A DNA stretch of 64,000 nucleotides, taken from the NCBI GenBank assembly GCA_026413945.1, contig JAOAJX010000001.1, positions 128,001-192,000 on the forward strand, read 5' to 3'. Positions 51,669 to 62,800 of the stretch are shown piece by piece; the stretch's first letter is position 1, and each line of letters opens with the position of its first letter. A program made the position numbers and the translations under genes. Source of the stretch: Candidatus Iainarchaeum sp. (GTDB lineage Archaea > Iainarchaeota > Iainarchaeia > Iainarchaeales > DTGL01). The notes below the pieces were generated by a model. It was not told where the DNA came from. It searched no databases and was given only the letters and a program-made list of their open reading frames with translations.

Positions 51669-52214
51669 TCAAATCCTATATTTTTCAACAAGCTTATCAA
51701 CACCTAAAATTATCTGCTTTATGCTTTGTTCGAATTCATTTCTCAGATGATACTCAACTGCTGAAACGAAATCTTCGCGCTCCGCATTTGGTGCTGAGTT
51801 TATACAATAACAGCCATTTTTCCTTTCAATAAGATTAATGTCCAACATTTTTTGTAGGTGGTACCGCACTAATCTTTCTGATGTCTTTATACCTTTCTTC
51901 TCTTCAAGATATTTTCTTATCTGATCTGCTGTTGGCTTTTTCTTTTCCGAGAACAAAAAATAAAAAAGTGCATCGATTACTTCTATACCTATGCGCCTGC
52001 TTTCTTTTTCACTGACCAAACCAATACTCAAACATACCCAACGCAAAAGAGAGCGTTTTGTCATCGTTACACTCTGCGGTAGATCAAGTTTCCTTAAATT
52101 CAACTCACCTCTCAGCAATTCAGCTTCAGGAAATTCTGATGGCCCATTTCTTATCAGAGGTTTCTTTTCATTCGGTTTTTCATTACGTTTGTGACTTCTC
52201 AAAACACGCGGCAT
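51669..52214 (-). CDS. Winged-helix (ArsR-like) protein
   Basis: PTADQIRKYL..SERLVRYHLQKMLDINLIERKNGCY. Confidence 0.65.
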   Translation of the reverse strand: MPRVLRSHKRNEKPNEKKPLIRNGPSEFPEAELLRGELNLRKLDLPQSVTMTKRSLLRWVCLSIGLVSEKESRRIGIEVIDALFYFLFSEKKKPTADQIRKYLEEKKGIKTSERLVRYHLQKMLDINLIERKNGCYCINSAPNAEREDFVSAVEYHLRNEFEQSIKQIILGVDKLVEKYRI

Positions 52215-52372
52215 GAAAAATTTTTTTTCCGAAAGAAATAAAATGTTTTCTCTAAGGCAACCTACCTTCAAATTAAATTTTTAATACCAAACGATATATT
52301 ATACTTTAATAATAATATTTACTGATAATATTTACTCCAAACTTATAGCGTTTGATTGTAAGGTGATTATGC

Positions 52373-52729
52373 ATGGCTGTAGCTATTAACTACAGATTTA
52401 GTCCATTGAGAATGTCCCTTAAAAAAAGGGACAAGGTAGCCCTTGATCTTTTTGTTAAGAATATTGATGATTCCATTAAGAAGCTGACTGTCCGTGTCAT
52501 GCTTCCCAATGAACTCGCTTTCTCAAAAGGTGGCTTTAAAACAGCAGAAATAATTAATATTGACAAAATAATGCCTGCTGAAGAAAGAATACTTTACCTT
52601 GAGATATGGCCTAAGCATAACTTATCTGCCGGCGAAAAAGCAATTCAAGTAATTGTTCAGGAGTTTGAAGGAAATTATCAATACACTAAAAATCAGACAG
52701 AAAAAACAATTTCATTAATCGTTGACTAG
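52373..52729 (+). CDS. Hypothetical beta-rich (Ig-like) protein
   Basis: AGGTGA SD; alternating beta-strand pattern. Confidence 0.65.
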   Translation: MAVAINYRFSPLRMSLKKRDKVALDLFVKNIDDSIKKLTVRVMLPNELAFSKGGFKTAEIINIDKIMPAEERILYLEIWPKHNLSAGEKAIQVIVQEFEGNYQYTKNQTEKTISLIVD

Positions 52730-53288
52730 TAAATTTTGCCCGAAACCCCACAATTTTAGCTTTTTATAATGAAAAAATTGCGAATAGTATAGTTATGTAT
52801 ATAGTTAAAATTTCTTATTTTTAGGCCTCTCTGCAGCTTTTAAGGCGGCCTTTTTGGGCTTTTTGTCAATAATGCTATTCTTAGTTCATAAAAGCATTTA
52901 TAAAAGCAAGCCCAATATTTAGGCCCAATAGGCCCAATATCTGTTAAATATGAATTATCGTAAAATTTCCTTTTTTTGCAGATAAAGGCCCAAAAATTGT
53001 TTTTTTCGGCAAAAAAGATAAATTTGGCTTTCTAACTTTTTCAGAAATTTTTTCTTATATCTCTAAAAAGTTACAGTGCTTATCACAGCAAACAGCAAAT
53101 ATCTTAACTAATATTTACACCAAAATTATTGCTCTGCAAAGCTCTAGAAAAATTCCACAGAATTTTTCTTACACAAAACTCTTACACAAAAATCTGATAG
53201 TAAGAAAGCAAATAAGACATTTAAAATAAGACAAGACATTACAAGACATTTATACATAATTAAATTATCAAATTAGAAACCCATATAT

Positions 53289-53314
53289 TGCAGTATAATA
53301 TACATTATACTGCA
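53289..53314. other. dif-like tyrosine-recombinase site
   Basis: TGCAGTATAA-TATACA-TTATACTGCA: perfect 10-bp arms around a 6-bp spacer; reverse spacer TGTATA equals the E. coli dif core. Confidence 0.7.
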
Positions 53315-53369
53315 CTATATGTGCATAATCCCACAATTATTATGTATAATAAGCTATTCTGTGGGCAAA

Positions 53370-53861
53370 TTAGTTATGTAGCAGATGCATTAGCCTTTCT
53401 CTTATGTTCACAATATACTCAACTGCCTGAGCATAACTTAATCCTTTGCTTCCATTAGGAAAAAGTTCACAAGAAAACAAATCAATTTTTGAGTTTTCCA
53501 TCTCTACTTCTGACCTAATTTCAGGATGGTCTATTTTTTCAGTATACTTTTTGACAATTTTGCTCCAACGCTCCAACTCTGCATTTTGAAGCTCTGCATT
53601 TCTAAGTGCAGTATCTATGAAACTGATCATTTTTCTTGCCTCTGCTTTAGAAATTGCACCTTTTCTTATTTTTAAAGTTATAGTCCTTACTTTAAGCAAA
53701 GCTTCAAGTATGCTTTTATCCCTAAGCGACTTACTTCTTTCAGCGGTAACTCTAAAGCCTTTAATTTCTGAAATCAACCCAACATAGCGTTCTCTGGCCA
53801 TCTCAAGCTTTTTTAAATTTCTTTCTGGCTTTATTCTTCTAAAAAATCCTTTAATTGCCAT
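53370..53861 (-). CDS. Hypothetical helical protein
   Basis: 163-aa ORF with ATG start, no motif. Confidence 0.55.
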   Translation of the reverse strand: MAIKGFFRRIKPERNLKKLEMARERYVGLISEIKGFRVTAERSKSLRDKSILEALLKVRTITLKIRKGAISKAEARKMISFIDTALRNAELQNAELERWSKIVKKYTEKIDHPEIRSEVEMENSKIDLFSCELFPNGSKGLSYAQAVEYIVNIRERLMHLLHN

Positions 53862-53907
53862 GAAATATTAAGAAGTATTATAGTCTCGCCTTATTTAATT
53901 TTTTCGT

Positions 53908-55150
53908 TTAGAGTTTAGGCCCAAGATAAACATAGCACAGATTCTTAGTGTCTATTAATTCGCGCGCAACCCTTTTAACTTCTGACAACCTAAGCATTTT
54001 TATCTTCTCAAAGTATTCTTGCCAATTCCAACCAGAACAATAAGCAAAAGAATTATCTCTTGCTTTCTCGAGTGAATCTTCCCAAGAGATGGCATAAGAG
54101 CCAAATATATGCTTTTTAGCCTTTTTAAGTTCACTCTCACTTATTTTGCCGTGGGCTATACGTGCTAACTCTTTTTTTATTATATCAGTAACTTTTTTTG
54201 CTTTATCAGGCCTTGTCGCAGCATAGATACAGAAAATACCATGCTTTGGCTCGGCCTCCAAAAACGCATGAGCCATGTAGCTTAACCCATGCTTTTCCCT
54301 TATCTTATAAACTATTCTTGAGCTAAGGCCACCACCCAAAATTGCTTCTAACAAGCTCAATACTGCATAATTTTCATCGAAGGAGCTCACAGTGGGAAAA
54401 CCAATGCAAAGATGTGTCTGCTCAATCTTTTTCTCTATAAATACTTCTTTATGCTTAGAGCCAACATCGCACTTTTTAAGTTTCAATGGCTTTTTTCTAC
54501 ATTTTGGTTCAATAATGCCAATAGAATTTAAATATTTGGATGGTTCGTCAGGTGCAACTATCGAGAATAAACAATTCTTAATGTGATGGCTCTTCCTAAA
54601 ATTAAAGAGGAGATCCTTTCTCTTGAATTTAAGAACATTTTTTTCATTGCCAGCAATCGGTTTGCCAAAAGCTTTATCCAAACACTCTCTATAGAATTCA
54701 ATGATTGTGTGCCTTGTTGGGTTGTCATAAGCATCTCTTATCTCATTCGCTATTATTTTTCTTTCAATCTCAACTTGATCTTTGTAGAATTGGCAGTCTC
54801 TAAAGCAATCTAACAGCACGTTTATTGCCATAATGCCGTGCTTGACATCAGTTTTGATCAAATATCCAATATTTTCCCTCGATGTAAAAGCGTTTAAATA
54901 GCCACCGACAGAATCAATCTTCTTTGAGATTTGCAGTCTACTGTGTTTTCTAGTTCCAGAAAAGAACATATGCTCTATAAAATGCGCAATACCAGAGCTC
55001 CTTTTTTTCTCGAAAGCAGAACCAAAATTAACTAATAGCTCAGCAGCAAAGACATTGCTTTTGCTTTTGCCGAATAAAACCTTTGCCCCATTTTTTAATG
55101 TGAATATTTCTGTTTCCTCACCACTGATGCATAGTGATTTATGCCCAATC
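53908..55150 (-). CDS. M16-family zinc peptidase
   Basis: TLKNG, GIAHFIEHMFF.GT (HxxEH), LNAFTS, LGGGLSSR..IREKHGL.Y; true start uncertain and downstream of the track start. Confidence 0.9.
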
Positions 55151-55210
55151 ATAGATGACATAGAATGAAAAGTTAATGCAAAGCTTAAAATAGTTTGTGG
55201 CTGGCTAAAA

Positions 55211-55378
55211 CTATATCTTAATCTTCCCAAAATTTGCATAACGCCTAAATTTTGTCTTTGTCCAGGGTTCTGGCTGTTTGGCTCTAAGCTTGCGCTCTTC
55301 ATTCAGCAATTTCTGCCTAAGCTCTTCGCTAACTTCAAAACGTATTACCCCATCACCAACAACCATATTTCCAGCCAT
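55211..55378 (-). CDS. Small 55-aa protein not in the ORF track
   Basis: GGAGGGGG SD then ATG; MAGNMVVGDGVIRFEVSEELRQKLLNEERKLRAKQPEPWTKTKFRRYANFGKIKI. Confidence 0.55.
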   Translation of the reverse strand: MAGNMVVGDGVIRFEVSEELRQKLLNEERKLRAKQPEPWTKTKFRRYANFGKIKI

Positions 55379-55599
55379 AAAGCCCCCTCCAAAAATTTAG
55401 TTAAAGCAAGCCAAAAATAGCCTCTATAATATTTTTGCATTGTACTCTTTAAAAATATGACGTATAAATTATGTAGAAATTATCTGTAATCTAATAGCTG
55501 AAATATTGCTTCAAAAATGTTTTTAATCTAATATTCTCTTATTTTATATTTTGCTCTAAATAATTATCTAAATAATTAAAATCACTAAGATGTGGTTTT

Positions 55600-56790
55600 A
55601 TGGATAAATATGATGTCATTGTAATAGGTGGAAGCGTTGCAGGTCTAAGAGCCGCAGAACAGCTCGCGAATAGAGGCTTAAATGTACTCTGTTTGGATAA
55701 AAAACAAGAAATTGGAGTTCCAAAGCAATGTGGCGAAGGTATAAGCTTAGGGCATCTTCAAAAGCTCGGAATCAAGCCAGATAGGCGTTGGGCATCACAA
55801 AAAATAAATGGTGCAATTCTTTATGCACCAAACGGTAGTGCAGTTGAGATTGATTTTGGCAAAACCATGGGCTTTGTACTAGAGCGCAAAGCATTTGAAA
55901 AGCATCTAGCCAAAAAAGCAGCAAAAGCAGGTGCAACTGTAAAGGTAAAAAGCAACGTAACTGAAGTAAAGAGAACTGAAGGCGGAGTCATTGTTAGTGT
56001 ATGTGACCTTTTCGCAAACACATACTTTGCTAAAGCAATTTTCGCATGTGACGGGCCACAAAGCGTTATAGCAAACAAGATGGGGTTGCCAATAAGCATA
56101 AAGCCAGAGGACTTAGACTCCGGCATTCAATATGAGATGGCTGGCATTGAATTCGAAAAAGAAAAATTTATTCATCTATGGTTTGGGAACGATATTGCGC
56201 CTAGAGGATATGTTTGGCTATTTCCAAAGGGTAAGCAGCATGCTAACGTAGGCATTGGCATAGGTGCACACATCAGAGGTTCAGCAAAAGAATACTTGGA
56301 CAAATGGATTGAGGTCAGACCGGAGATAAAGAAAGGCTCTATAATTGAAGTCAATTCTGGTGTGATACCTGTTGGTGGGCTCCTTAAGAAAATGACTGCA
56401 GACAATCTTATAGTTATAGGTGATGCCGCTCATCAAGTTAACCCAATACATGGCGGCGGCATGGGCATAGCAATGGAGGCAGCAGATATTGCCACTAGCG
56501 TTTTCGAAAAAGCATTCCAAAAAAATGATTTTTCAGATGCAACTTTTGACGAATACAACAGAATATGGTGGGAACGCTGTGGGAATAAGTTAATGCGACT
56601 GGTTCAAATAAGGAAAATGATGGAATCTCTTAATGATAATGACTTTAATACAATTGCTGAAGCTTTTACTGGTGAGGAGATACTGACAATACAGAGTGGA
56701 GACTTCGCGAAGATTAGAGCAATAATACTCAAGAAACTTATTAGCAAGCCAGCACTTTTAAAAGTGATGCTGAAATATCTCTCAGCATAG
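55600..56790 (+). CDS. Geranylgeranyl reductase family (digeranylgeranylglycerophospholipid reductase-like)
   Basis: YDVIVIGG, PKQCGEG, APRGYVWLFPKG, GDAA..NPIHGGG. Confidence 0.9.
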   Translation: MDKYDVIVIGGSVAGLRAAEQLANRGLNVLCLDKKQEIGVPKQCGEGISLGHLQKLGIKPDRRWASQKINGAILYAPNGSAVEIDFGKTMGFVLERKAFEKHLAKKAAKAGATVKVKSNVTEVKRTEGGVIVSVCDLFANTYFAKAIFACDGPQSVIANKMGLPISIKPEDLDSGIQYEMAGIEFEKEKFIHLWFGNDIAPRGYVWLFPKGKQHANVGIGIGAHIRGSAKEYLDKWIEVRPEIKKGSIIEVNSGVIPVGGLLKKMTADNLIVIGDAAHQVNPIHGGGMGIAMEAADIATSVFEKAFQKNDFSDATFDEYNRIWWERCGNKLMRLVQIRKMMESLNDNDFNTIAEAFTGEEILTIQSGDFAKIRAIILKKLISKPALLKVMLKYLSA

Positions 56791-56829
56791 GCGCCGGCAT
56801 TTATTAAGGTTTCCAATTAAAAAATCTTT

Positions 56830-58023
56830 ATGGCTGCAGATTTATTCATTTCCAATGATAAGCTGAACATACCCAGTCAATCGTTTGCCACTCTGATTAA
56901 AGAGATAAAATATGAAAGCATAGAGAACTCTATAGTAAAAAAAGTGCAAGAGCTCCCGCAAGATGCAATAAAGATCAAGCTTTATACAAAAGCCGGTGAA
57001 AAAGATCTTGTGATCTGCAACAAATATTTTTTTATCTCCAAATATCAGCTTCCGGCAAAACAGCAAACTTCCGGTTTTGGTGCTTTTTTGAACAAACATC
57101 TCAGATCAAAGAGGCTCAACTCAATAGATCAACTCGATTCGGAACGAGTTTTTATGCTAAACTTTGGAGATCATTTTCTAGTGCTTGAGCTTTTTTCAAA
57201 AGGAAATGTCATCTTGACCGACCAATCAAAGAAAGTGCTTGGCTGTCTGCGCACTGAAGAATGGAGCGCAAGAAAAATAAAAAAAGGATTTCAATATGTC
57301 GAACCACCAAGTTCTACCTTGCTAGATAAAATAACTGCCGAAGATTTTGTTATAATCGCAAAGAAAGATCCAGAAGCAAAAATAATTCCTTGGCTTGTAA
57401 AATCTTTTGGTTTGTCACCTTTGATTGCCGAAGCGTCTTGTCTCGAAGTGTGTATAGAAAAAGATATCAGTATCGCTGCTATCCCAGAATCAGAGCTAAA
57501 GAAACTATATGAAAAAACAAAGCTGATGCTTTCAATGTCTGATGCGAGTGGCAGAGCATATGTTGTAGAACACCGCAACTCCTTATACCTCCTCAATTTT
57601 CTACCAAAAATTTTTGCATCTTCTTGCATTCATGAATTCAAAGGGCTGAATGATGCGCTTAATGAGATTTTTGTTATGCAAAATAATTCCAAGATAAAAA
57701 TAATGCCAGTAAATAAAAAGGCAGAAGAGCTTCAAAAAGCTTTGGAAAAACAGATTGCAAAAATAAAGAGTTGTGAGAGATCCGCATTGGAATTAAAAGA
57801 TAAAGCCCGTACAATATATGAAAATTTCAATGATATTTGCTCTGCTTTTGAGTTTGCTAAAGCAGAAACAAATAGTAAAAAGGGAAAAGGGCAAATTATG
57901 TATAATTTAACCTTTGGCAACGTCTTGCTAAAGAGCATCGATTTCAGCAAACGCTCTTTAAAGATAGAGATTCACACCACAGAAAATAAAGACAATAAAA
58001 AAGAGAGGTCGCAATCAAGTTGA
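56830..58023 (+). CDS. NFACT/RqcH-like protein, N-terminal domains only
   Basis: FGAFLNKHL, SERVF, LELFSKGNVILTD, R.IK.G..Y..PP, HhH-like GLSPLIAE, coiled coil; no NFACT-R domain seen. Confidence 0.75.
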   Translation: MAADLFISNDKLNIPSQSFATLIKEIKYESIENSIVKKVQELPQDAIKIKLYTKAGEKDLVICNKYFFISKYQLPAKQQTSGFGAFLNKHLRSKRLNSIDQLDSERVFMLNFGDHFLVLELFSKGNVILTDQSKKVLGCLRTEEWSARKIKKGFQYVEPPSSTLLDKITAEDFVIIAKKDPEAKIIPWLVKSFGLSPLIAEASCLEVCIEKDISIAAIPESELKKLYEKTKLMLSMSDASGRAYVVEHRNSLYLLNFLPKIFASSCIHEFKGLNDALNEIFVMQNNSKIKIMPVNKKAEELQKALEKQIAKIKSCERSALELKDKARTIYENFNDICSAFEFAKAETNSKKGKGQIMYNLTFGNVLLKSIDFSKRSLKIEIHTTENKDNKKERSQSS

Positions 58024-58275
58024 AACAACTTCGCGTTCATCAACTATGAAAACATCGCTTACAGCAGTAACTGCAGCATAAGGAACTTCTATTATTGGCT
58101 CGGTGCTTCTCAACCTTTTCACTATCTTGCTATTCTTGTCTATTTCTATAACTAATTTCTCTATTTCACCAGTACGCTCATTTATTAGAAGATCTGAGAG
58201 CTTGCCGAGTTCTTCGCCCCTATTAGTAATTACCCTTTTTGCAGCAATTTCTCTCGCAATAGTGTACTTATACAT
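58015..58275 (-). CDS. PRC-barrel protein (CdpB-like)
   Basis: AREIAAKRVITNRGEELGKLSDLLIN..TGEI..VPYAAVTAVSDVFIV. Confidence 0.85.
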   Translation of the reverse strand: MYKYTIAREIAAKRVITNRGEELGKLSDLLINERTGEIEKLVIEIDKNSKIVKRLRSTEPIIEVPYAAVTAVSDVFIVDEREVVST

Positions 58276-58439
58276 GGTTTCACCCTATAAAGTAAAAATA
58301 TTAAATTTTATAAACCCTTACCTCACAACCCTATACATAATAAACTTTTTTTAGCACCTCATTAAACTTCGTATAGTTATACGCTTTTCTAATATTTAAA
58401 CATATCGTTTCTAAATCTGAATATTCAAAAGGTGATCTT

Positions 58440-58658
58440 TTGCAAGAAAAAAATGGGTCGACTAAAAAATTTTGGACTGCGAGAAAACTTGTGCTGATTT
58501 TTTTTCTTATTTTTGGAATTGCGATAGGCGCTATTGTACAGCATTACGTCTTAGAGCCTTTGCTTGATGTTAGCTTAGCAGAGCAGCTAAAAAAATGTAA
58601 AACAGAAAATTTGGAAATACACGACTCACTCAAAAAATGTATCGATGTTTCAAAATAA
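58440..58658 (+). CDS. Small single-pass membrane protein with short coiled coil
   Basis: AGGTGA SD, TTG start, TM LVLIFFLIFGIAIGAIV. Confidence 0.65.
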   Translation: MQEKNGSTKKFWTARKLVLIFFLIFGIAIGAIVQHYVLEPLLDVSLAEQLKKCKTENLEIHDSLKKCIDVSK

Positions 58659-58681
58659 AACTAAGCGAAAATAATATTAAA

Positions 58682-59299
58682 TCAACCATTCAATTTTTGC
58701 ACTAGGACTTTACCGCAAGGCTTTTCTTCCTTAAAGACAAACGCTTCAAAAATAAATATCTCTGTGTCAGGCATGCGCCAAAAATTTTTTTGCAAACCTG
58801 CTTTGAGACACGCTTGTTCCAAGAACGTTTCACTGTTCCATCCATATTCAATAGCAACTTGAGGCAAAAGAAGGCCACTATGATACGACCTTCTTATAAT
58901 TACTCCATGTTTTCCAACAACAACTATCTTTGGTGCCATTTTGTTATCTATTTTCTCTGGTTTGCTTAGCACTGATATTTCAACAATACATTTTTTTAGC
59001 TCCTCATCGTACACAGGTAAAAATCTTGGATCACGCGAAGAGCCGACAGCTGCCTCAATAACTGCTTTAATAAGCGGCATTTCAGGATATGGTATTCCAA
59101 TGCAACCACGAAGCTCATTTTCAGGATAAGTATGCAGTGTAACAAAAACACCTTTTTTCTGCATTAAGCCTTTTTCCTTGATATTTGCTGAGTAAATTCT
59201 ACCAGTTAGATTATAATATTCTATAGCTTTCCTAGCCATGATAATGAGTTCTTCGCATTCTTTTTCAGACAGTTCCATAATTATGCTTTTGTATGACAA
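58682..59299 (-). CDS. AMMECR1-domain protein
   Basis: GVFVTL..LRGCIG, DPRF, EISVLS, GLLLPQV, ACLKAGL. Confidence 0.93.
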   Translation of the reverse strand: MSYKSIIMELSEKECEELIIMARKAIEYYNLTGRIYSANIKEKGLMQKKGVFVTLHTYPENELRGCIGIPYPEMPLIKAVIEAAVGSSRDPRFLPVYDEELKKCIVEISVLSKPEKIDNKMAPKIVVVGKHGVIIRRSYHSGLLLPQVAIEYGWNSETFLEQACLKAGLQKNFWRMPDTEIFIFEAFVFKEEKPCGKVLVQKLNG

Positions 59300-59331
59300 C
59301 TTAATATTATTTTCTGTTATTTAGTTTTTTC

Positions 59332-59769
59332 ATGGCATCTGCTTTAGATCCCTTGGTAAAAGAGATCATCGATTTCGAACAGTTGCAGACTTTTATAAAC
59401 CAAAGGGAAGGCAACTTAATTGATCTCACAAAGACTTATTACTGCTGCCTGGGTTCAGATCTTGGCTTTGATGTAAGTGCACCATACACACTAGATATCA
59501 GCAATACTAAAATAGAATATGATATCTGCTGGATTACCGCTAACAATATTGAAGTTGCCTTCGAGTTTGAGCTTGGTGATCTTGAGGGTTTTTTTGCAGC
59601 ACTATGTAAGCTCTCAGTATGTGAGCCAGAATTAGGAGTAATACTGGTATCACACAAAAGCAGAATCTTGAATCTCGATTTAGCAACAAAATTAGCACAG
59701 AAAACTCAAGCTTTAAGAAAAAAACTTCTCTTAGTGGATATAAGCAGCGAGAATTTCGAGCTTGTTTAA
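59332..59769 (+). CDS. PD-(D/E)xK-like fold protein
   Basis: LGFDV..EYDICW..VAFEFE pattern. Confidence 0.5.
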   Translation: MASALDPLVKEIIDFEQLQTFINQREGNLIDLTKTYYCCLGSDLGFDVSAPYTLDISNTKIEYDICWITANNIEVAFEFELGDLEGFFAALCKLSVCEPELGVILVSHKSRILNLDLATKLAQKTQALRKKLLLVDISSENFELV

Positions 59770-59835
59770 ATCAATTTGCAAAACAACTAAAAAAGCAATT
59801 TGTTTTTTAAATTTTTCCAGAGAAAGAATTGATCA

Positions 59836-62800
59836 ATGCTAAGAGAGTCAAAGATACACTTATTTTTCATTATGTTGTTTTTGGCTGGCACGCTATTCCT
59901 TTCGGCATGCATTGATTACGAAAATGAAGCACTTCTTGAGGAATATAAGCAGAGATGCCTTAACCTAACCGCATATGACGCAGGTTATGTGCCACAGTGC
60001 TTAAGCCTCGAAGAATGCTTCTCTATGATAGAAAAAGAACTTTTTGATTTTTCTGATAGTTCACTTACCCTAGAATCTAGACAAATTCTTTATTATTACA
60101 AAACACACCTTTCTAAGTCGTGGTATTACTATAATGAATCAATGCATTACTTAAAAAAGATAAGAGATGCATGCTCGGAAAAAAACTTTGAACTCGCTTT
60201 AGATAGTGCAAATGACTTTCGCTATTACATTGAAAAATCTTTCGAGGAGTCAGACCTTGCACTTGAAGCTTCTTTTGGATTCATATTGTATGAAAAAAGG
60301 AAGCTTGAGGAACAGGATATAAACATGATAAAAGAAGAGCCAATTTATGCATTTTACATAAGGCTTAATGACAATGAGCGTCAAATACTTTCAAAAGAAA
60401 ACTTGGGTTTTAACAACTACGCTTCAGATGCAAGGCGCTTAGCAGAAGAAACCGCAAATAAAAGAGCTTTTGCAGGTGCAAAACCCGAGGTTATAAAAAA
60501 GAAAACATTTAGAGAGCTTTTCATAAGCACTTTGGGGCTGCCATTCGAATATTATATATATGAAAACCAAGAAAAGAGCGCATATTTGCCAATCTTCGCT
60601 GGTCTGCCAAATAAGTATGCTGAATTCGTCTCCAATATAGAGACAACTGAAAGGATGCTTAGTTTTCTCTCAAATGAAAGACCAGATGAGTTTCTAAAAC
60701 TTCTTTCAAAACTCGTTGGAAAAAAGAGTTCTTTGGCTGGCGATTTCGTTAAATTAGCAAAAGAAGACTCATTAAAAAAGGCATCCCTTTTAGAGAATTT
60801 GTCAATGCTTGAAAAAAGCATCGAGGAAAAAATAAGCTCTGCAAAATCGAAAGCAAACTTTTTTACATCGAACTCTTTTCATTATGCTGATGAAAATTTC
60901 TTAATGAACATGCAGAAGCTGCTCAACGAGCCGCTAACAGTTTCTTTCGATAACCAGATTTTTAGTTCGCCAGCTGATGCAGCGCTTAACTCAACAGCAA
61001 AAATAAATGCAATTGAAAGGGGTTTAATTGATAATCGTTCTGCATGGCTGTCTGGGCGCATAACCATTGGCTTAAGAACCTCAAATCTTAAGCTTCTCAA
61101 TACTGATATCGACAACATAATTTACTCTCTCGATTCTATGGAAAAGAGCATCAACATTCTTGTTGCAAGATGTGATTACGAACTTTCTTTACAAGCAGAG
61201 ACAACAGAGCTTGCTTCTTTGAAGGAGAAATACTTGCTTGCAAACAAAGATGAAAAGCTAATGTACTGCAGCTCCTTTATTGAGCTCAGAGCTAGGCTCA
61301 AAGAAAATGCTGAAAAAAGAAAAGGCAATGAAAAAGCTCTTTACCAATCGGATTGCGATGAGAAGCTTTCTGTTTTGATTCAATTCACAAAAAACGACTA
61401 TCTAAAGAGCAGATATAAAATAATGCTCGACTCAAACAACGTTTTAAGTGATTGTAATTTGCTGCTAATAGATGTTGAAGAGGACATACGCACAAACTAC
61501 CGCATTGACGACCTTGAAAAAAAATTTGAAGAAGCATCAGCCTATAATGAATTCCTAGAGAAATTTTTGTTTGAGAGAAACAAGCTCTTCTATGAAATAA
61601 AGGATTATTTTGGCCCAAAAGGTCTTATACTTGAGAAGTCGATGCCTATAATAGATTCTGTTAAAGCTGATCTTGAGAGACTTATCTCAGGTTTACTTGA
61701 AAAGACCAAGATATTCCTTCAAGAGCAAATTTCAAAGAATTGCAGAATAAAAGCATTGCCATTGCGCGAAGTCTTACTTAAAAGTTTTGAGCCAACTACA
61801 ACCGAATCAAGTTTCTTCTTTTACTTTGAAAACACACTGATTCATTTTGAAAAACCTCTAAATGTATCAATAAAGTTCGATGGCCAAAATTGTGAGCTAC
61901 TTTATAAGACACCAAATATCTATAATGTAAATTTTTCAGGGATTTCAGGAAAAAGCATTGTTATAGATTTTCATAACTTACCGTTAGGCATCACTAGCTT
62001 TGAGTATCAATGCACTAAAGAATTTGGTTTGAAGATGGTTTCAAGGAACATTGCACTCAATCCAGATTTTGGCTTAATTTCAGAAAAATATATCTTCTTT
62101 GGCGATGTAAATCTTCCAAGAGCCAGGGTTTCTATAGTACAGATAAGCGGCGCAACAGCAAAAGCCATCTTTAGAGAAAAAGAGCATGCATTCTTTTCTC
62201 AAGGATACGAACTCCAGACAGTTCTTTTTGATTTAGAGCCAAACGATTTATTAACAATAAACTACAGCATAGATAAACCAATTGAAAGCACACTTTCGCT
62301 TATATCAGAATCTAGGATAGATGCAAATACAATTATCCTTACCTATCTTTGTACCGCAAAAAACAAAACAGCATTTGATGGAACCGAAACCTTTTTTTAT
62401 TGTCCAATTCCTAAAGGCTATGCCGGCATTGATTTAATGGATGAAAAGGGCAAAGGGGTGAGTTTTTCTAAAGAACCCCAAGCAATAAAAATAATTCTTG
62501 ATAAGATTCCTGCATATTCAGAGCGCAGGTTTTACATTAAACTTACAATTATAGACCTTACCCACTTCAAGAATGAGCTCACAAACGAAGCAAAAAAAAT
62601 ACTTTCAGAAATAACTGATAGCAAGCTAAAGCAAGAAGCCCAAGACCTATTGGATTCACTCCAAGATGCAAATAGATTAAGCATTGAGAAACTAAGTGAA
62701 ATATACAAGTCAGCTTTTGAGCTCAAAAGTAAAGAAGAAATTTTAAAGCAAAAATACCAGAGGTATCTCTTCTACAAATCAGCAGTAGAGACTGCCCTAT

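Noticed and set aside
52730-53369. CRISPR array
   Set aside because: Repeats are 8-11 bp, heterogeneous and irregularly spaced; no cas genes
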